In this document: positions 59,193 through 64,000 of the stretch, one piece after another | Numbering within the stretch: position 1 is the stretch's first letter | Layout of the letters: every line of letters starts with the position of its first letter | Source: Bythopirellula sp. | GTDB taxonomy: Bacteria; Planctomycetota; Planctomycetia; Pirellulales; Lacipirellulaceae | Reading direction: 5' to 3' | DNA: 64,000 nt | NCBI GenBank assembly: GCA_965216565.1 | Contig: OZ244170.1 | Span: forward strand, 2,208,001-2,272,000 | Translations under genes and position numbers: made by a program | Notes under the pieces: model-generated | The model's database searches: none | What the model saw: only the letters and a program-made list of their open reading frames with translations | Told to the model about the DNA's origin: nothing

Positions 59193-60730
59193 GCTGCTTT
59201 ATTCTGGGGGCGATCGTCAGTTAATTCGATTTCTTGATAGTGCGTAGGTTCGCTGAGGCGGGCTCCTAACAACTGCAAAGCGGCTGAAAGACCGGCAACG
59301 GTTTTCTCGAAGTTGTGCGCACCAGCCAGTGCATTGAGATTTCCGTTGAGCGTTTCTTCCAACTGTTTGATCTGCCCGGTGGCCTCGACAACCTTCAGCA
59401 GAATATCGCCTTGCTTGATCAGGTGTTCCTGCTGCGTGACGGTCGTCCCGGCAGCCTCGACCAGTGCCACTTGCATTTCCTTCAGCAAGTCTTCGCTTTG
59501 TCGAATCAGCTTTTCTTGACGCGTGGTGGCCACCAGCATGGCCTCGCCAACCGCGGCTTCTACGTCGGCCAAATGGCGGCGGTTTTCCTCAGCTAGTTTG
59601 GTCTCGGCTTCGGTCAACGCTGACGTGTGTTGATCGAGTCCTTCGTTTAATAGCTCGGCGTGACGCACTAGTGTGCCTTCCAGATCGGTCGCTAGCGACT
59701 TGATTCCCTGGTTGACCGCCTCACCATGTCGCGATAACCCGTCCACCACGGCACCAGACATCGCTTCGTCTAACGTGGTCGTTGTGTCTTGCAGAATTTG
59801 CGCGCACTGCTTGCCGGTGTTGGTCAATGTTTCAGCTTGGAACTCGCCCGTTTTGGCTAACAGGGCTTGCACCATACTAGTTTGTTTTACGAATCCGGAT
59901 TCCACAGTTTTCAGGAGTCGCTCGCTCATCATGCTGATCGAAGCGACACCCGGATCGCTCTCGGTGCCAAACTGCTCGAATCGACCGATCAGTTGGGCAC
60001 CAGCAGTGGCGTCGACGCTAGTGAGCAAACGCAGCTCAACACGTTCGACGCAGAACTTGGCGAAAAGCAAGATGATCGAAAGCCCCAAGGCCTGGGCTGT
60101 TGTAAAGAACGCGACACTCAATCCAGCGACCACGGCAGGCAACGATTGATCGACCGCTTGACCACCCAAATTAAGCTTGGAGATTGCCAGCGTGATACCA
60201 ATCACTGTGCCCAGGAATCCGAGAATCGGAATCGTGGAAGCAATAATACGCGTCAGGCCGTAGCTATTGTGCATGCGGGCCAGATCGGTTTCTTCCAAAT
60301 GGCGAAGTTGTTGTTCAATGTTGTCTGCTGTGCCCTTACGTTGTACGAATTCCAAGCCTTCGCGTAATCGCCGCACTAAGTAGTGGTCAGCAATCCCACT
60401 CGTGGAATCCTCCAAGCCTTTGAGCAAGCTAGGCACATCGCCCATCGTCTCGATGCCCATCGCGTCCGTCGGCAGGCGAACGGTGTTCACCATCGCGAAC
60501 TCAACCCCAAGGCTTAATGCCTTAATGATGAGACCAGCCAGACCCACGAAAAACAATGCGGTCGCTACATAGGCAGTTTCGTGACCGGCAAAGTAGCGCA
60601 TCCAAAAACTCTCTTCGCCAGAAAGCCGAAATACGGCTGCGTAGAAAGCCAGGCAGGACAAGCCTCCCCAGATGAAGGACTGACGTAACAACCATTCAGA
60701 TAATGTAGTAACGCGAGACACGGCGGGCAT
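59189..60730 (-). CDS. MotA/TolQ/ExbB proton-channel family protein with long helical C-terminal tail
   Basis: IPILGFLGTVIGI and GLSVAFFTTAQAL signatures; ~285-aa Ala/Leu/Glu-rich tail; RBS GAAAGG. Confidence 0.9.
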   Translation of the reverse strand: MPAVSRVTTLSEWLLRQSFIWGGLSCLAFYAAVFRLSGEESFWMRYFAGHETAYVATALFFVGLAGLIIKALSLGVEFAMVNTVRLPTDAMGIETMGDVPSLLKGLEDSTSGIADHYLVRRLREGLEFVQRKGTADNIEQQLRHLEETDLARMHNSYGLTRIIASTIPILGFLGTVIGITLAISKLNLGGQAVDQSLPAVVAGLSVAFFTTAQALGLSIILLFAKFCVERVELRLLTSVDATAGAQLIGRFEQFGTESDPGVASISMMSERLLKTVESGFVKQTSMVQALLAKTGEFQAETLTNTGKQCAQILQDTTTTLDEAMSGAVVDGLSRHGEAVNQGIKSLATDLEGTLVRHAELLNEGLDQHTSALTEAETKLAEENRRHLADVEAAVGEAMLVATTRQEKLIRQSEDLLKEMQVALVEAAGTTVTQQEHLIKQGDILLKVVEATGQIKQLEETLNGNLNALAGAHNFEKTVAGLSAALQLLGARLSEPTHYQEIELTDDRPQNKAA

Positions 60731-61046
60731 CCTTTCTTCCATCGCCGGTGGGCTCCGCTCGGGCTTGCGCAGTGCGCAAACTATCCCGGGCAAAAATCCT
60801 CTATCCTCAGAATCGGCCCAACCGGCAAAGTTTGTGAATCGTTTTAGAAAAAAGGTGAGAGGAACTTTCACACCAGCCGATTCTGCTAGCACCCGGCAGA
60901 GCTTACTTATTTGACAAACTTTGCCAAAGCGGCAGACCCCTAGGGTCGATATACCAAACAGCCCAAGGCGACTCTGCCACCCTGAAGAACAAACCACCAG
61001 ACACACCACAGCAGCAATGCTGTCACCAAATTACCCAGGGGGGTCT

Positions 61047-61085
61047 GCAGCCCGGCGCGATTCGCTCGCCCGGGCTGCTTTTTTT
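61047..61085 (+). terminator. Intrinsic terminator on the + strand with no annotated + gene upstream
   Basis: gcagcccgg...ccgggctgc 9-bp GC stem followed by 7 T. Confidence 0.75.
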
Positions 61086-61132
61086 GGTAGCATCCTAGGG
61101 CAATCGTCGCTGCTGAATGCTTTCAGGGCAGA

Positions 61133-61186
61133 TAGCCGGACCGCCACGCGGTCCGAAGACTCCGGAGGCAGGTGTGCCCCCGGCTA
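61133..61186. repeat. 54-bp structured REP-like repeat, copy B
   Basis: tagccggaccgccacgcggtccg...gtgtgcccccggcta; outer stem tagccgg/ccggcta. Confidence 0.8.
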
Positions 61187-61220
61187 CAGGTGCGACTCTA
61201 GCAAATGCCGCGACGCTGCA

Positions 61221-61727
61221 TTAAAGAGCCTTCTTCAGATAGAGAGTCGACCCTTGACCCTCGCCGTGATGACTTTGCACATAGCCACTGGCAAGATACG
61301 TACGATGTGCCAGTTCGTTACGCTCTTCCACTTCCAGCGTCACCGCACAATAGCCTCGGTCACGAGCGAGTTTTTCCACCGCGCCTAACAACCTTCGGCC
61401 AATCCCTTGGCCACGGAATTGCTTTGAGACGGCCAAGTCGTGAATATTCATTAACGGCTTTGCTGCGAAGGTAGAAAAACCAACGAAGCAGGTCGCAATG
61501 CCAACCGGTTCCCCTTCTTGCTCTGCCAGTAGAATGAGCGTTGTGGGATGTTGCTGCAGACCGGGAATCAAGCGCTGCCTAGTGTCGTCCCCTAACGCTT
61601 TGCCGCGCCCCATGGGATCTTGCGCGTAGGCACTGATTAACGCAACGACTGAGTTCTGGTCTTGCGGATTGGCAAGATCAGCTTCTCTGATGGTAATGGT
61701 TGACTGAATAGAATCGCTCATTGCCAT
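61221..61727 (-). CDS. GNAT family N-acetyltransferase
   Basis: GFSTF, NIHDLAV...FRGQGIGRRLL, TLEV...N..A...Y...GY. Confidence 0.92.
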   Translation of the reverse strand: MAMSDSIQSTITIREADLANPQDQNSVVALISAYAQDPMGRGKALGDDTRQRLIPGLQQHPTTLILLAEQEGEPVGIATCFVGFSTFAAKPLMNIHDLAVSKQFRGQGIGRRLLGAVEKLARDRGYCAVTLEVEERNELAHRTYLASGYVQSHHGEGQGSTLYLKKAL

Positions 61728-61768
61728 TTCACCTCGCGGAAGTTTCGACTCCCGTCAATAAAACCAGC

Positions 61769-62170
61769 TCACTCAAGATAGGTCGCATAGCATCGTGGCG
61801 TCTCCCACAGACGCACCTCAACAATCGGCACGTCGAGCAATTTCGATTGCTGAAAGATAAGCTTGGCGATGTTCTCTGCGGTTGGATTCTCGTCGAGCAA
61901 GTACAGCGGTTCGCCCATCTCTTCCAAAATCGGGACTACGGGGTCCGATTTGTTCAGCAGCATCCGATGATCGAGATTGTCATCAATCCAGGTGCTGACT
62001 TTCTTCTTGATGTCCGAAAAGTCGAGCACCATCCCACGATTGTCGAGCGTCTCGCCTTCAATGGAAATCACCGCTCGACCATTGTGTCCATGCAGATGCC
62101 GACATTTGCCATCGTAGTTCAGCAGACGGTGGCCATAGCAAAAATCGATTTCTCTAGTGACTCGGAACAT
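61769..62170 (-). CDS. queD: 6-carboxytetrahydropterin synthase (PTPS/QueD family)
   Basis: FCYGHRL, CRHLHGHN, GMVLDF, LDHRMLL, NPTAEN, LWETP; adjacent to queC. Confidence 0.88.
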   Translation of the reverse strand: MFRVTREIDFCYGHRLLNYDGKCRHLHGHNGRAVISIEGETLDNRGMVLDFSDIKKKVSTWIDDNLDHRMLLNKSDPVVPILEEMGEPLYLLDENPTAENIAKLIFQQSKLLDVPIVEVRLWETPRCYATYLE

Positions 62171-62265
62171 AGAAATAGAAATCCTAAAAAACGGTTTAGT
62201 TACCTGGCTCAGCTCATCAAGCTATGGAGTTGAACTCCACAAGGTCTTGCGTCGAACTTAACAGC

Positions 62266-62333
62266 AATCCCCTTCGTCTAAAAAGGAGGGGTAAGGGGAG
62301 GATTAATCTCGCGCTGTATTCTCGCGCTGTATT
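62266..62333. repeat. CCCC/GAGGGG REP-like palindrome followed by a perfect 13-bp tandem duplication
   Basis: aatccccttcgtctaaaaaggaggggtaaggggaggatt; ctcgcgctgtatt twice at 62308-62333. Confidence 0.55.
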
Positions 62334-62389
62334 ATTGCTTCTTTGCCGGAAGCTTTCTTAAAGTAAGAGACCAATCAAAATAAACAGGT

Positions 62390-63076
62390 TCACCCAGTAA
62401 ACGCAGCTTCAACATAATGGGTGGGATCGCCCCCCGGCAAGCTGCGCATGGCGTTGTTGCGTTCTTCACACTTATTGCACCGGCCGCAGTGCATTCCACC
62501 GATCGGAGACAGGCAGGAAAACGTCTCTTCCATTGGCACAAGTTCGGCCCGGTCCATCAGTTGCGACTTTGTCATATCCGCCAGTGGTTGCACGATTCGT
62601 ATAGGAGCCAGCTGCCCTAGTTCCATCGCTTCAGCAAATTGCGTAAGAAATCCCTCGGAAGCGTCCGCAAACGGATTCGCAGAAAGCGTGCCCAATGCGA
62701 GTTCTTCGATCCCATGCTTTTGGCACCATAATAGTGGCTTGAGCATGAGCAACGGATTGCGGCCCCACAAATAGACTGCCTCATCGGGAGTCGAATAGCC
62801 AGGCGTCTCCACGCCCGTCATGCTCCAATGGGCTCCATACAAATCGCCGACCGGCTGAGAGAGCACCACTAGTGGATTGAGTTGCGAATCAGCCATGTTG
62901 GCAAGCAACCGATCAACAGCCTTTCGTTCGGCAGTTTCCCAGACACATCCCATCTCTACGTAAATCGGCTGGACGCGGTGCCCGCGGTGGAGCATCTCGG
63001 CAAGCAACAGGGTACTATCCGCACCGCCGCTGAATAGCACCGCAACATTCTCGGTCGTTCTGGGCTGCATATACAT
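62390..63076 (-). CDS. queC: 7-cyano-7-deazaguanine synthase
   Basis: VLFSGGADS PP-loop, GRN, FAD, TFSC, HCGRCNKCEER. Confidence 0.88.
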   Translation of the reverse strand: MYMQPRTTENVAVLFSGGADSTLLLAEMLHRGHRVQPIYVEMGCVWETAERKAVDRLLANMADSQLNPLVVLSQPVGDLYGAHWSMTGVETPGYSTPDEAVYLWGRNPLLMLKPLLWCQKHGIEELALGTLSANPFADASEGFLTQFAEAMELGQLAPIRIVQPLADMTKSQLMDRAELVPMEETFSCLSPIGGMHCGRCNKCEERNNAMRSLPGGDPTHYVEAAFTG

Positions 63077-63290
63077 CGATGAAGTCCGCTGCTACGAAAT
63101 GGTGGCGTGAATAATTGCTGATAGATGAACGTCCGTAAGCCTATCACAACCAAGTTAACTTGCAACAATTCACCACCAATCGCTAAAGAACACGAGACAA
63201 CACAAAACTCGTCTTGTGCTTGTCTCTGAAGACATTGATATTGGGGACCTATTGAAACTACTATCCGGAGTGAGCCCCCGTTCAAACCTA

Positions 63291-64000
63291 ATGACCTACT
63301 TCGCCAAACGTCGTGACCGATTGCGCAAGAAACTTCGCAAGGATCGAGTCGACGGAATCCTGATCACCAACTACACGAACGTCAGCTACCTTTCAGGTTT
63401 CTCCGGCGAAGATAGCTATCTCCTGTTATCAGCCGATCAGGACCTGATCATCAGCGACGAACGTTTCACCACTCAGCTGGCGGAAGAATGCCCCGATGTG
63501 GAACTCTCAATTCGTGGCCCGGGCCAGAAGATGATTGACCGCCTCGGCTCTGAAATAACCAGCCACAAATTCAAGCGGCTCGGTTTCGAGTCGAATTCTG
63601 TAACGGTCGCTCATCATAGTGCCATCAGTAGTGCGGCAAAAAACTGCGAGTTGGTCTCTTGTCATGGCTGGGTCGAAGAGTTGCGTACCATCAAGGATCG
63701 ACAGGAAATTGCAAGAACTCGTATCGCCTGCGACCAGGCGCGGCGTGCTTTCGAAGTGGTACGGGCGGGGCTGACTCCCGATCAAACCGAGCTACAGGTC
63801 GCCGCTGACCTCGAATACCAGGCGCGACGCCTTGGTGGCAAATGTCTCAGCTTCCCGCCTATCGTGGCGACTGGTGCCCGGGCGGCTCTGCCTCACGCGA
63901 ACCCGACCGATCAGAAAATTGGTTCTGACGATTTCACCTTGATCGACTGGGGAGTGAACGAGTCGCTGTATGTCAGCGACTTGACGAGAATTTTGGTGAC
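63291..64000 (+). CDS. Aminopeptidase P / Xaa-Pro peptidase (M24 family), truncated by window end
   Basis: Manual translation MTYFAKRRDRLRKKL..DGILITNYTNVSYLSGFSGEDS...LRTIKD.QEI...SFPPIVATG..AALPH...LIDWG..ESLYVSDLTR; missing from the ORF track because it has no stop in the window. Confidence 0.92.
   Translation, partial: MTYFAKRRDRLRKKLRKDRVDGILITNYTNVSYLSGFSGEDSYLLLSADQDLIISDERFTTQLAEECPDVELSIRGPGQKMIDRLGSEITSHKFKRLGFESNSVTVAHHSAISSAAKNCELVSCHGWVEELRTIKDRQEIARTRIACDQARRAFEVVRAGLTPDQTELQVAADLEYQARRLGGKCLSFPPIVATGARAALPHANPTDQKIGSDDFTLIDWGVNESLYVSDLTRILV

Noticed and set aside
56099..60730. Zorya anti-phage system
   Set aside because: A ZorA-like tail is present, but no OmpA-like ZorB domain and no ZorC/D/E nuclease or helicase neighbours are recognisable; context looks like core genome.
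63077..63290. preQ1 riboswitch upstream of queC
   Set aside because: No recognisable stem-loop plus A-rich tail consensus on the minus strand.

Overview
Core-chromosome segment of a planctomycete, most likely Pirellulales/Lacipirellulaceae-like. This is inferred from a DUF1559 protein, an EQLEDRQMMS-motif exoprotein, MfnB, and kinase and DUF11 architectures. It begins with the 3' end of a surface-polysaccharide locus (GT4, TylF-type O-methyltransferase, sugar transferase, aldo/keto reductase, split transketolase). It continues with a repeat-rich S8 protease, two Ser/Thr kinases (one frameshifted), and housekeeping genes (leuCD, bioB, rnd, mfnB, glnS, PfkB kinase, thpR, recA, thiC, dapB, DksA-like, lspA, queDC, partial M24 peptidase). 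No rRNA, tRNA, CRISPR array or prophage was recognised. Three signals stand out. (1) A ~38-bp inverted-repeat family (AACGCAGAGG-N13/14-GAGGGCCGC-N-GAG) brackets a GxxExxY gene, punctuates a 265-bp tandem array beside it, and also brackets an unrelated orphan MafI-like immunity gene 5 kb away, suggesting a cassette-type mobile system. (2) A three-gene operon encodes a long-tailed MotA/TolQ/ExbB protein plus two different single-TM partners, only one of which retains the proton-carrying Asp. (3) Several dispersed structured repeats show compensatory base changes (a 99-bp element and a 54-bp element), alongside a RAYT-type Y1 transposase and a four-helix-bundle gene, each with its own flanking repeats. 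All family assignments are by motif recognition, not database search.
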